This document shows positions 20,272-29,801 of a stretch of DNA of 64,000 nucleotides, one piece after another; the stretch's first letter is position 1, and each line of letters opens with the position of its first letter. The notes beneath the pieces were generated by a model. It was given only the letters and a program-made list of their open reading frames with translations, did not search any database and was not told the origin of the DNA. This DNA is from Candidatus Omnitrophota bacterium (GTDB lineage: Bacteria; CAIJMQ01): NCBI GenBank assembly GCA_018812925.1, contig JAHJCU010000004.1, positions 244,289 through 308,288 on the forward strand, written 5' to 3'. Both the position numbers and the translations under genes were made by a program.

Positions 20272-22137
20272 TTATTCCCCTTTATCATCTCCAAAAAAAG
20301 CCGCAGGGCCAACTTTCTTTTTTATCTCGAAAGACTTTTTTGCCAAATCAAAAGCCATGCCTAAATCTGCTTCGTCACATTTGTGGCAAGCGACTCTAAC
20401 AAGACCCCCCATTGTATATTTCTTGCCCGTTATATCTCTAAATGGACAATCTATATCTAGTAAGTCTTTTGGTGTTAAGCGAAGTGGAGCAATAGTAAGT
20501 TTTGATTTTTGGGGAAAAATACTAAAAAAAGGACCAACACCAATTCCGTCGTCAAAACTAAATTGACTCCTATCAACACGGACACTTATATTGTTGCTTA
20601 AAGCCAATATTTTATAAGTCAACTGTTTACAAAAATCAAGATGATATTTTAAAAACTTCAAGTTTTTCATATCTGGACCAAATAAAGATGCTTGTCCCCA
20701 TAATAATCCTAATGATGTTTTATCAAACTTTCTCATATGGGTAGATATTATAGTTTTTGCCTCTTGTTTGCTGATGAAGTGGGCCGGTATCTCGTCAATT
20801 TCTCGTTTAATTACTTCCCCTCTCTGTTGTATATCTACAACTCTTAACAAACCTAGATTTCCCCGAGTAAAGTATTCCTTCGGGGTTTCCCATTTCGGGA
20901 ATTTAGATATATGCACTTCTAGTATCCGTTCCAATTCAGTAAACAACAAAAAAGTAGAATAGGAAGCGTTATCGGAGTGAAATACTATAGGAATATCTTC
21001 TAAGAACCTCTCTCTATTATGTCCTATTTCCCCTATTTCCTCGCATTTGCAACGGAATTTTACGATGTTTCGATGAAAGAAATACACATTTATTGGATAT
21101 CTAATCTGCTCTAAATACTGGGTGGAATATACTCCTCCCATTCTCCAGACAAATTTATCATGTTCAGAGATGAAATCTTCATAGATATCCATTTTCTTCC
21201 AACTATCTGTTGCAAGTAAAAATGCCATCTTTTTCTCCGGTAGAATCAGAAAAGGGTTCCCAATTTTCTGTTTAATTATTTCCCACTCACTATTAGTAAC
21301 TGGGAAATTCGTACCCTCTGGCCGTCTTAATATACTGAGATTTCTAAGCCCTTCTATGTTCTTTAGTTCTTTGCGCAGGATAGGATTGTTTATTAATTTT
21401 TTGATAATTTTTATTTTAGCCATCCATCGTTCCTTCATAAACTTTTTTTCGTCAATCCGATATTTGTCAGGTCCTGCTGGGTTAGAATTGAAGAAAGGTT
21501 CGGATATAACTTCTGCAATAGCATAAATACCAGCATCCTTACCTGACATCCAAATCAAAGCTATATCACCAATCTTGATCTTATCTTTATATTGGAAAAT
21601 GCTCCAGCCATCGATATTGCAATTGGGATCAGTCAACGCGTTCAAAATATCATATTTGTCTGGATTTGCCTGAAAAATCCAAATATTTCTGTCTTTGCTT
21701 AAAGTGACTGGCTTTTCTTCAACTTTGCTTTCTTTTGGTTGGGTTTGTTCAACATCATCAAGAAATTTATAATTATGTTTTTGCGCTAGGTTCGATATGA
21801 AAGCAAGCCCTAATTCTTTACACTCAATTCCTACGTTCTCCAAAAAAAGTTTTCTTTCGCTGGGGATAATGTTTGCGCATAGTAGAAGCTCGATTGTTTT
21901 ATGAGGATTCTGTTGCTTTAATAAGCCGTAATATTCAATGATTTGTCCGGAGGCATCTCTCGATAAAATCCCCCTTTTGACTTCAACTATAATAGTTCGA
22001 TTATATTTGTCTTCAAAAACTATATCAGCAAAACAACTTCCTATCTTAACTTGTTGCCCAATAAGCTTAAAACCAGAATTAGGGAAGAAATCTTCGGGAT
22101 ATTGGGCGATAAGATTTTCTATATCTTTTTCCAACAT
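20272..22137 (-). CDS. PD-(D/E)xK nuclease (NucS/DUF91-like) - EVE (PUA-like) domain fusion with a roughly 330-aa uncharacterised C-terminal domain. Candidate modification-dependent restriction enzyme.
   Basis: N-terminus GSCFADIVFEDKYNRTIIVEVKRG matches the D...(D/E)xK core. Residues around 150-215 (WIFQANPDKYDI...IGDIALIWMSGKDAGIYAIAEVISEP) match the EVE/PUA-like signature. The remainder is unrecognised. Confidence 0.55.
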   Translation of the reverse strand: MLEKDIENLIAQYPEDFFPNSGFKLIGQQVKIGSCFADIVFEDKYNRTIIVEVKRGILSRDASGQIIEYYGLLKQQNPHKTIELLLCANIIPSERKLFLENVGIECKELGLAFISNLAQKHNYKFLDDVEQTQPKESKVEEKPVTLSKDRNIWIFQANPDKYDILNALTDPNCNIDGWSIFQYKDKIKIGDIALIWMSGKDAGIYAIAEVISEPFFNSNPAGPDKYRIDEKKFMKERWMAKIKIIKKLINNPILRKELKNIEGLRNLSILRRPEGTNFPVTNSEWEIIKQKIGNPFLILPEKKMAFLLATDSWKKMDIYEDFISEHDKFVWRMGGVYSTQYLEQIRYPINVYFFHRNIVKFRCKCEEIGEIGHNRERFLEDIPIVFHSDNASYSTFLLFTELERILEVHISKFPKWETPKEYFTRGNLGLLRVVDIQQRGEVIKREIDEIPAHFISKQEAKTIISTHMRKFDKTSLGLLWGQASLFGPDMKNLKFLKYHLDFCKQLTYKILALSNNISVRVDRSQFSFDDGIGVGPFFSIFPQKSKLTIAPLRLTPKDLLDIDCPFRDITGKKYTMGGLVRVACHKCDEADLGMAFDLAKKSFEIKKKVGPAAFFGDDKGE

Positions 22138-22255
22138 AATTACCGTCTATTTTTGTAGGATTTTAAACTTAAAACTTATAACTTACCACTTAATACTATT
22201 TATCCCTTTTTCTCTTTTCTGACTTCTGTCCTCTGTCTTCTGTTATCTGTCTTTT

Positions 22256-23707
22256 TCACGCTTCCGGTCTAAGCAACGGAAACAGAATAACATCGCGGAT
22301 GGATTTGGAATCTGTAAGAAGCATTGTAAGGCGGTCGATTCCTATTCCCAATCCTGCGGTGGGCGGCATACCGTATTCCAACGCCGTTATGAAATCTTTA
22401 TCAAGAGGATGCGCCTCTTCGTCTCCTTTATCACGCATTTGTGTTTGTTTTTTAAACCTTTTTTCCTGTTCTCTCGGGTCGTTTAATTCCGTGTAAGCGT
22501 TGCCCAATTCAAGAGCGCCGATAAACGGCTGGAATCTTTCGACTATTTTACCTTCACTGCCTTTCTTTTCTTTTGCCAATGGCGAAAGTTCAATAGGGAA
22601 ATCCGTCACAAAAATCGGCTGAATAAAATTGGGGATTGCAAATTTTTTGAACAATGAATCCAAGATATGCCAAAAAGAATCGTCCGCGTCAACCCCTTTT
22701 TTCTTTGCTTCTTTTCTTATTTGTTCTTCCGAATCCTTCTCCACATCTATCCCGCAATATTTTTTAAACGCTTCTGCGTAAGTAATCCTTTCCCATTTTT
22801 CGGGGAAAGAGATTTTCTGGGATTGATAAATGACTTCATTACTGCCTTTAGTTTCTTTGACTAATTCATTGAACATTTGTTCTGTAAATTCCATTAAATC
22901 CTCGTAATCGGCATATGCCCAATAAAGTTCGAGCATCGTAAATTCCGGATTATGCCTTGTGGAAGTGCCCTCATTCCTGAAATTCCTGTTGAGCTCGTAG
23001 ATTTTTTCATATCCTCCGACAATTAACTTTTTAAGGTAAAGTTCGGGAGCAATCCTTAAATAAAGGTCAATATCTAAAGCGTTATGGTGGGTAATAAACG
23101 GCTTTGCTAAAGCGCCTCCGGGAAGTGGCTGCATCATTGGCGTTTCTACTTCTATAAAACTGTGCTTATTTAGAAAACTTCTCATACCGGTTATTATTTT
23201 GCTTCTTGTAAGAAAGATATCTTTAACTTCACCGTTCATTACCAAATCCAGATACCGCTGTCGGTATCTTGTTTCCACATCCTGTAGGCCATACCACTTT
23301 TGAGGAAGCGGATTTAAACACTTTGTTAAAGGCAAAAGTTCTTTTGCAACTATAGTAATTTCTCCGGTTCTTGTTTTAAAAACTTCACCGCTTACACCTA
23401 TATGGTCGCCAATATCCAATAATTGTAAAATTTCATAAGTTTCTTGCCCGACCGTATCCAGCTTGTAATAAACCTGAACTTTTGAATCTTTGTCTTGAAT
23501 ATCCATAAAAGTCGATTTGCCGTGTTCTCTAACACTCATTATCCTGCCTGCGACTTTTACGGGTTTGCCTTCAAATTCTTTGAATTGTTGATTAACTTGG
23601 CTTAACGAGCAGGAAATTGAAAATTTATTACTAAAAGGCTCTACGCCCTTTTCTTCCAATTTATTAAGTTTTTCTTCTCTTACCTTCGAAAGTTCGTCGC
23701 GTTTCAT
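22256..23707 (-). CDS. lysS: Lysyl-tRNA synthetase (class II)
   Basis: N-terminal OB anticodon-binding domain, class II motifs FRNEG, GLGIGIDRL. Confidence 0.95.
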   Translation of the reverse strand: MKRDELSKVREEKLNKLEEKGVEPFSNKFSISCSLSQVNQQFKEFEGKPVKVAGRIMSVREHGKSTFMDIQDKDSKVQVYYKLDTVGQETYEILQLLDIGDHIGVSGEVFKTRTGEITIVAKELLPLTKCLNPLPQKWYGLQDVETRYRQRYLDLVMNGEVKDIFLTRSKIITGMRSFLNKHSFIEVETPMMQPLPGGALAKPFITHHNALDIDLYLRIAPELYLKKLIVGGYEKIYELNRNFRNEGTSTRHNPEFTMLELYWAYADYEDLMEFTEQMFNELVKETKGSNEVIYQSQKISFPEKWERITYAEAFKKYCGIDVEKDSEEQIRKEAKKKGVDADDSFWHILDSLFKKFAIPNFIQPIFVTDFPIELSPLAKEKKGSEGKIVERFQPFIGALELGNAYTELNDPREQEKRFKKQTQMRDKGDEEAHPLDKDFITALEYGMPPTAGLGIGIDRLTMLLTDSKSIRDVILFPLLRPEA

Positions 23708-23890
23708 AATTTTTACCTTTATAAAGATTGAATGGATTATAGAAAACCCTTACTATATAAGTCAATTTTGATAAACTGTATTAAATACCCTTTTTTCATC
23801 AATTGTACGTCTGCCCATCATTTTTGCCGTTTAAGAATTTGAATGCTATTGACAGTCGTTGTAAAATGGTGATTGAGGATAAGATAAAAA

Positions 23891-24970
23891 ATGAAAAAGC
23901 TAGAGTTTATTGTACCCCCGCAAACTTATCAAAAAGCGGAGCCAAAGGGGAAAATAAAAAAAGAAAGCGTAGTAGACCCATACTTGCATCTTGTCAGAAG
24001 CCTAAGCCAACTTATGAGCACAAATAAACTTTATGGAACTAACCATAAAATATTCAAAGAGCATTTGAAGCAAGTCTTTCCGGAAGTCAGCAAATTGCTG
24101 TTGGAAAAGAAATCTATTTCTTTTTTTGAAACAGATAATACTCTTTTAGTAAACCGCAAAAAGATTGAAACTAACGATGGATTGACTAAACGGCTACTGA
24201 GAAGTCTTTGCGATCTATCAGTGGGATACCTAATATTAGAATCAGGACTAACCCTTGAAGAATTTATAGTTTTTATACGTCTGTTATGTAACGAAGAACC
24301 TCTAAAGGGAGAAGAAAATATAAAGCAATACTTAAAAGAAAAAGGGGCTAATCACGTACTTGTCCGTTCTGCTACTTACAAATTAGTTGAGGAAGACGAG
24401 AAAGTTGTAAAAAAAGGCGAGGTTCTGGCAATTGAAGAGCTCTCTTTTGAGATACGTAATAGATTTTTACAAGATTTGAAAAACGGAGAGGTAGGCAAAA
24501 AACTCGTAAAAGAAGAACGAAAATATAGAGAGTTAGCCCACGACCCTTCTTTCCTTTCTAAGGCAATATTTGATTTAGCCAAAAATAAAGATAACCCCGA
24601 AGACCTTGCAAAAATTATTTGGTTGATTGGCGACTATATGATAGGTGAAATTGATACCGCTAGAGAAGAAAAAATTAATCGTATAGCAATAGAGAAACTA
24701 AAAAAACAGATATTCATTTTATGGAGAGAGAAGATAAGTAAACCAGATATGGAGAAACATATTCAAAAAACCTTTACCGCAATAAGTCTTGCTTCAAAGA
24801 TTAAAGGATTAATCTTGCTTTATGAAAAATATACAAAAAACTTGGAAAAGAATGCGTCCCAAATTCAGAAAATATTAGAAACACTACCTAAAGAAAGCCA
24901 GTTATATCAGCAAACAAAAGAAAAATTAGACAAAATCGGCTTATTCCCTCCCCAAAAAACGAATAAATAA
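23891..24970 (+). CDS. Hypothetical protein (359 aa, K/E-rich, no recognised domain)
   Basis: Long ORF with coding-like composition. No family recognised by inspection. Confidence 0.4.
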   Translation: MKKLEFIVPPQTYQKAEPKGKIKKESVVDPYLHLVRSLSQLMSTNKLYGTNHKIFKEHLKQVFPEVSKLLLEKKSISFFETDNTLLVNRKKIETNDGLTKRLLRSLCDLSVGYLILESGLTLEEFIVFIRLLCNEEPLKGEENIKQYLKEKGANHVLVRSATYKLVEEDEKVVKKGEVLAIEELSFEIRNRFLQDLKNGEVGKKLVKEERKYRELAHDPSFLSKAIFDLAKNKDNPEDLAKIIWLIGDYMIGEIDTAREEKINRIAIEKLKKQIFILWREKISKPDMEKHIQKTFTAISLASKIKGLILLYEKYTKNLEKNASQIQKILETLPKESQLYQQTKEKLDKIGLFPPQKTNK

Positions 24971-25154
24971 ATTCACCCATCTTTTATATAGCAAAACCAC
25001 CCATTTTTAGTGTCTATTGCAATCTTTTAAAAACAATATGCTAAAATATTTTTATATTCAATGTATTTACCCCGTTAAAGATCGAAAAGAAGAAACTATG
25101 AATTGTCTATCGCTTCAGAAATAAAGGGGGAATGTCCAAAGGTTAAGTGTGATT

Positions 25155-25197
25155 CACGGTCGCCATATGGCGACCTATCTCTAACGGGGTTTACTTC
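25155..25197. repeat. Family D element with perfect 18-bp palindrome ggtcgccatatggcgacc + tatctctaacggggtttacttc
   Basis: Paralogous to 10225-10275. Confidence 0.7.
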
Positions 25198-25252
25198 TCA
25201 ATATGTGTTATATAACACAGTTCAAACAAGAAAAACGAACTAATTCCGATAT

Positions 25253-26011
25253 ATGAAATCAAATATATATATGCCCAGAACTTACAGAAAAACTTCCAAG
25301 CCAAAAGACCTTTATTGTTACGAGATAAAACATAAGGAAAGTGACCTGCTTATAAGTTCCGGGGAAAACCTTAAAGACACGGCTTTGAAAAGTTTAAAAA
25401 AATACAGAAACCAGATTGAGGAATATATAGAAAAAGACCCTCATTTTGCATCTGCTTTGATTCCTTATAAACTTTTAAAGAGTGCGCCGCTTATTACAAG
25501 AAAAATGCAGGAGGCGGGAAAAGTTTGCGGGGTGGGCCCAATGGCCGCAGTAGCAGGCGCCATCAGCCAATTTGTAGGGAAAGACCTTTTAAAATTAACT
25601 GACGAGGTCATCATAGAAAACGGGGGAGATATATTCATAAAAACTAAAAAGACACGCAAAATCGCAATATTTTCAGGTAACACTCCCTGGAAAGATAAAC
25701 TGATTTTAGTAATAAATCCCGAACAGACTCCGATTGGGATATGTACATCAAGCGGAAAAATAGGACACTCACTTTCTTTCGGGAAAGCAGACGCCGTTGC
25801 TGTAACATCCGACTGCGCAATATTAGCTGACGCTGTTGCTACCGCAGTAGGGAATATGATACAATCGCCCCACGATATCCCGAAAGCTATCCGTTATTGC
25901 AGGAAAATTAAAAATATCAAAGGTTTAGTTATAATTAAGGATAGTGATTTAGGAATATGGGGTGATATTCAGTTGGAAGATAGAGAAAGAAATACAATAG
26001 AAATACGGTAG
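25253..26011 (+). CDS. UPF0280-family protein (archaeal-type, ApbE-like fold). Assignment from memory.
   Basis: GVGPMAAVAGA motif and length of about 250 aa. Confidence 0.45.
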   Translation: MKSNIYMPRTYRKTSKPKDLYCYEIKHKESDLLISSGENLKDTALKSLKKYRNQIEEYIEKDPHFASALIPYKLLKSAPLITRKMQEAGKVCGVGPMAAVAGAISQFVGKDLLKLTDEVIIENGGDIFIKTKKTRKIAIFSGNTPWKDKLILVINPEQTPIGICTSSGKIGHSLSFGKADAVAVTSDCAILADAVATAVGNMIQSPHDIPKAIRYCRKIKNIKGLVIIKDSDLGIWGDIQLEDRERNTIEIR

Positions 26012-26061
26012 AAATGCAGTGGAAATACGTAGTAGAAAGGCAATATATTTCGATATATTTC

Positions 26062-26087
26062 CCCGCCTGCTTGCGAAGCGGGCAGGC
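26062..26087 (+). terminator. GC-rich hairpin ccccgcctgcttgcgaagcgggcagg after the UPF0280 gene
   Basis: Inverted repeat of the CCCGCCTGC family 50 nt past the stop. Weak T-tract. Confidence 0.4.
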
Positions 26088-26141
26088 ACATATTTCAATT
26101 TATTTCCATTGACGAATAATAAATGAGGGGGTGAAAATTTA

Positions 26142-26339
26142 GTGCCGCATGTTAAGTTAGATAAAGGTGAACCTTTAGATAAGGTCTTAAGAAAATTCAA
26201 GAGACAGCTGGAAAGAGAAGGCTTATTCAAAGAATTAAGAAGAAGAGAATTCTACGAAAAGCCCACGGAAAAAAGAAGAAAAAAATATTTGAAAACCGTT
26301 AAGAAAATCGCATATGCGAGAAGACACCCAGAAGCATGA
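26142..26339 (+). CDS. rpsU: 30S ribosomal protein S21 (GTG start)
   Basis: MPHVKLDKGEPLDKVLRKFKRQLEREGLFKELRRREFYEKPTEKRRKK is canonical S21. RBS gaggggg precedes the GTG. Confidence 0.9.
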   Translation: MPHVKLDKGEPLDKVLRKFKRQLEREGLFKELRRREFYEKPTEKRRKKYLKTVKKIAYARRHPEA

Positions 26340-26367
26340 TCCCATTAGAAGTCCCGCCATTAATGCA

Positions 26368-27636
26368 ATGTCGGGCAGTTCCAATACCCGCCTTGATGAG
26401 ATAAAGGCGAGGCAGGTAAAGCCGGAACTTACTTCTAACGGAACAAGTTTATTAAAAAAATTATCCAAGGCTACGTCGTCAAAGATTATTTTATTTGTGA
26501 TGGACGGTGTGGGCGGCTTGCCCATAGAAGGCAAAACAGAACTTGAACACGCCTTAAAGCCTAACCTTGATTCTTTGGCAAGACAAAGCGTATGCGGAGT
26601 AGTTGACCCGATATCAGCCGGAATAACTCCCGGTAGCGGTCCTGCGCATTTGGGACTGTTTGGATGTGACCCATTAAAATACAATATAGGACGAGGAGTG
26701 CTTGAAGCCTCAGGCATAAACTTTCCTTTGGAAAAAGACGATTTGGCTGTTCGCATAAATTTCGCGACAATTGACAAAGAAGGGAAAATTACCGATAGAA
26801 GAGCCGGCAGAATTTCTACCGAAATAAACGAAAAATTATGCGAAGAATTAAGTAGAATAAAGATAGATTCAGTAAAAATTTTCGTAAAACCTGTTAAAGA
26901 ACATCGCGCAGTGGTGGTATTTAGGGGCAAAAATTTATCGGAAGCAATTGCTGAAACAGACCCTCAAGTATTAGGAGCGCTTCCCTTGGAACCTATTGCC
27001 TTGTCCAAAGAAGCCCAAACCACCTCTGAAATTATAAGTAAATTCGTATCCGAAGCAAAAAAGGTCCTTGCGCCTCATCATCCTGCAAATATGTTATTGT
27101 TAAGAGGTTTTGCAAAACCGCCTTCTTTGCCTTCTTTTCAGGAAATATACCGTCTTAATCCTGCGGCCATTGCAACATATCCAATGTATAAGGGACTTGC
27201 CCGTCTTGTAGGTATGAAAGTTTTGCAGTTAAAAGGCGGTAATATTGAAGATGAGGTAACAGCTTTAGAAGAAAACTATAAAGACCACGACTTTTTCTTT
27301 ATTCACATAAAAGGAACAGATAGCGCCGGTGAAGACGGAGATTGGAAAAGAAAAGTGCAGGTAATCGAAAATGCGGATAAATTTATTCCTAGAATTCTTA
27401 AACTCAAACCCGAATCCTTAGTAATAACAGGCGACCACTCTACTCCATCTGTCCTTAAATCACATTCATGGCATCCTGTCCCGATACTTCTTTATTCTCC
27501 TACTTGCAGAGTTGATGATGTGAATAATTTTTCTGAAACCGCCTGCGTTAAAGGCGGATTAGGCAGAATCAAGGCGTTAGATATAATGCCTCTTGCTATG
27601 GCTCATGCGCAGAAATTAGAAAAATACGGGGCTTAA
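26368..27636 (+). CDS. apgM: Cofactor-independent phosphoglycerate mutase, archaeal type (ApgM)
   Basis: ILFVMDGVGG, metalloenzyme-superfamily motifs, DHSTP. Start moved to the internal Met after the rpsU stop. The ORF-track start at 26314 would overlap rpsU. Confidence 0.75.
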   Translation: MSGSSNTRLDEIKARQVKPELTSNGTSLLKKLSKATSSKIILFVMDGVGGLPIEGKTELEHALKPNLDSLARQSVCGVVDPISAGITPGSGPAHLGLFGCDPLKYNIGRGVLEASGINFPLEKDDLAVRINFATIDKEGKITDRRAGRISTEINEKLCEELSRIKIDSVKIFVKPVKEHRAVVVFRGKNLSEAIAETDPQVLGALPLEPIALSKEAQTTSEIISKFVSEAKKVLAPHHPANMLLLRGFAKPPSLPSFQEIYRLNPAAIATYPMYKGLARLVGMKVLQLKGGNIEDEVTALEENYKDHDFFFIHIKGTDSAGEDGDWKRKVQVIENADKFIPRILKLKPESLVITGDHSTPSVLKSHSWHPVPILLYSPTCRVDDVNNFSETACVKGGLGRIKALDIMPLAMAHAQKLEKYGA

Positions 27637-27680
27637 TAGCCGACTATCGCAATCAACGCCTTCTTTTTTAAAATAATATA

Positions 27681-28682
27681 ATGACATCCGAATACAAATT
27701 CAAACTCGCTGTTCTTCTGTTAATAATAGTTATCGCGGGCGGAATATTCGGTTATATGGCCATAGAAGATTGGACATTTCTGGATGCACTTTACATGACC
27801 ATAATAACCGTGGCAACAGTAGGTTTTGAAGAAGTTCATAATTTATCCACTACAGGTAGAATTTTTACTATAGGGCTGATAATATCAAGTATATCCATTT
27901 TAGCCTATGGTATTACTGCTATTTCCAGTTTTATTATAGAAGGTCAGTTCCGTGAAATAGGAAGGAGAAGAAAAATGGAAGCGAAAATCAAAAAGCTTAA
28001 AAATCATTTTATTGTATGCGGTGAAGGAAAAGTATGCTTGCAGGTCGTAGAAGAATTGCAAAGAGCAAAAGTTTCTTTTGTAGTGATTGCCAATAATATT
28101 CAGGCATTTGAAGAAGATCAGGGACTGACTTTAATACAAGGTGACGCAACGGACGACGAAATATTGAAAAAAGCAAAAATAGAGGATGCAAAGGGGCTAA
28201 TTGCGTGCCTTAATTCCGATACTGACAACCTATTTATTACCCTTTCAGCCCGAGCATTGAATCCCAAACTTAATATTGTGGCTGAAGCAAGAGAAGAGAT
28301 TTCGCAAAGCAAAATGCTTAAGGCAGGAGCAAATAATGTAATTTCCCCCGATATTATAGGCGGAAGAAGAATGGCTTCTGTACTATTAAGACCTACTGTC
28401 GTTTCTTTTTTGGATGTTATGACAAGAGGTGATAATGATGTTACCTTAAGGCTGGAAGAAGTTAAACTATGTCCTAACTCTACGCTAGTAGGGAAAACTC
28501 TAAACGATACGGAAATTCGCAAGAAAACAGGCACTCTTGTAGTAGCGATAAAAGATAATGAAACCGGTATAATTAAATACAACCCTCCGTCACACTCAAT
28601 ACTTAAGGCAGAAGATATTCTTTTAGTATTAGGAGAAGAAGAAACAATTAATAAATTGTCGCAACTTTGTAAAAAAGATTAG
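27681..28682 (+). CDS. Ion channel with pore loop plus RCK (TrkA-N/TrkA-C) domains. Atypical selectivity filter TVGFEE.
   Basis: Two TM segments flanking pore helix YMTIITVATVGFEEV. NAD-binding-like FIVCGEGKV. C-terminal TrkA-C. Confidence 0.7.
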   Translation: MTSEYKFKLAVLLLIIVIAGGIFGYMAIEDWTFLDALYMTIITVATVGFEEVHNLSTTGRIFTIGLIISSISILAYGITAISSFIIEGQFREIGRRRKMEAKIKKLKNHFIVCGEGKVCLQVVEELQRAKVSFVVIANNIQAFEEDQGLTLIQGDATDDEILKKAKIEDAKGLIACLNSDTDNLFITLSARALNPKLNIVAEAREEISQSKMLKAGANNVISPDIIGGRRMASVLLRPTVVSFLDVMTRGDNDVTLRLEEVKLCPNSTLVGKTLNDTEIRKKTGTLVVAIKDNETGIIKYNPPSHSILKAEDILLVLGEEETINKLSQLCKKD

Positions 28683-28789
28683 ATTTTCAAGAAAGAAAAA
28701 AGCGCCTTAGGACAGTTAAAAATTATATTACACATAAGTTTTTTCTATCTCTGCTAAATGTTCTGTTCCGGAAAAGAAAATCTTACATC

Positions 28790-29755
28790 CTAATATGGTT
28801 CCACATTGATAGTGCCTGTTACGGAAATAGGCATAGATATCGGCTGCTGTATTTCAGGAGACTGAACTATTATACTCCCGGTTAATCTCATATTTTGGTT
28901 AGAATGTTTTATCCAGCCCGTAGATTCTTGTATCTCCATAATTCCCGTCACAGAACCTGACATATTGTACTGAATTTTATCGGGTCCCATCTCTATCGGA
29001 CCGACGTCTCGATTAGTTTGAATCATTGCAAATACATCAATAACGGCTATCCCGTTTTTTCGTTCCTTTAATGTGTATATCGCATCAATAACCATGGGAA
29101 ATCCTTGATTCATGGTAGTTTTTCTCTGCCAGGTGTCTCCAATACCAATCGGGTTATCAGGATACATATTAAATGAGTTCTCCGTATTTGTTTTTAGCGC
29201 CTCTTCGCTATACTGCATTTTCATCTGAGTTTCCATACCGGCTCTCTCAGGTCCTCCTTCAGATAACTCATTAATTTTCTCCTGTATACGTTCCCAAAGT
29301 GCGTCTGCACCCTTAATTTCTTTTACATGTCCATCAGAAGTTATTGTTATTATTAAACTCTGTCCTGCAATAGCACCAAAGATAGATGCTATAGGATTAT
29401 CACTAGAAACAGAAGTATCAGAAGAATCATATTCAATATTCTGATTAGGATCAGGAATCCAAATTTTAGAAAGGATTGCATCATACGTAACTTTTAGCAC
29501 AAGAGTGCTATCAGCTTGCACATCTTCCACAGTATACATATTTCTCATCTCTGTTTTCTGGGTTATTGTCACTACTTGCCCCGGAACAGTTTGATTAATC
29601 TTCATATCTTGAGTAGTCTTCGTCTTATAAGATTGTCCTTTTTCTAACCGAAGTTTTAAATCTACCTTCTCTTCAGCATAAACACAAGAAATCATGACAC
29701 TGATAACCATTATTACAACTATAAGGATTCCCGATAAAATCCTTTTTTTTCGCAT
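28790..29755 (-). CDS. Secreted hypothetical protein, tandem paralogue A (signal peptide)
   Basis: N-terminal hydrophobic signal. About 65% identical by eye to the neighbouring ORF (shared EKVDLKLRLEKGQSYK, MYPDNPIGIGDTWQRKT). Confidence 0.5.
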   Translation of the reverse strand: MRKKRILSGILIVVIMVISVMISCVYAEEKVDLKLRLEKGQSYKTKTTQDMKINQTVPGQVVTITQKTEMRNMYTVEDVQADSTLVLKVTYDAILSKIWIPDPNQNIEYDSSDTSVSSDNPIASIFGAIAGQSLIITITSDGHVKEIKGADALWERIQEKINELSEGGPERAGMETQMKMQYSEEALKTNTENSFNMYPDNPIGIGDTWQRKTTMNQGFPMVIDAIYTLKERKNGIAVIDVFAMIQTNRDVGPIEMGPDKIQYNMSGSVTGIMEIQESTGWIKHSNQNMRLTGSIIVQSPEIQQPISMPISVTGTINVEPY

Positions 29756-29801
29756 ATTTCTCCTATCTTTTAAAAGTTTAGAGTATTTCGGTATTCTATC
29801 A

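Noticed and set aside
26314-26367. N-terminal extension of apgM from the ORF-track start
   Set aside because: It would overlap the 3-prime end of rpsU in another frame. The internal Met at 26368 follows the rpsU stop and is the more plausible start.
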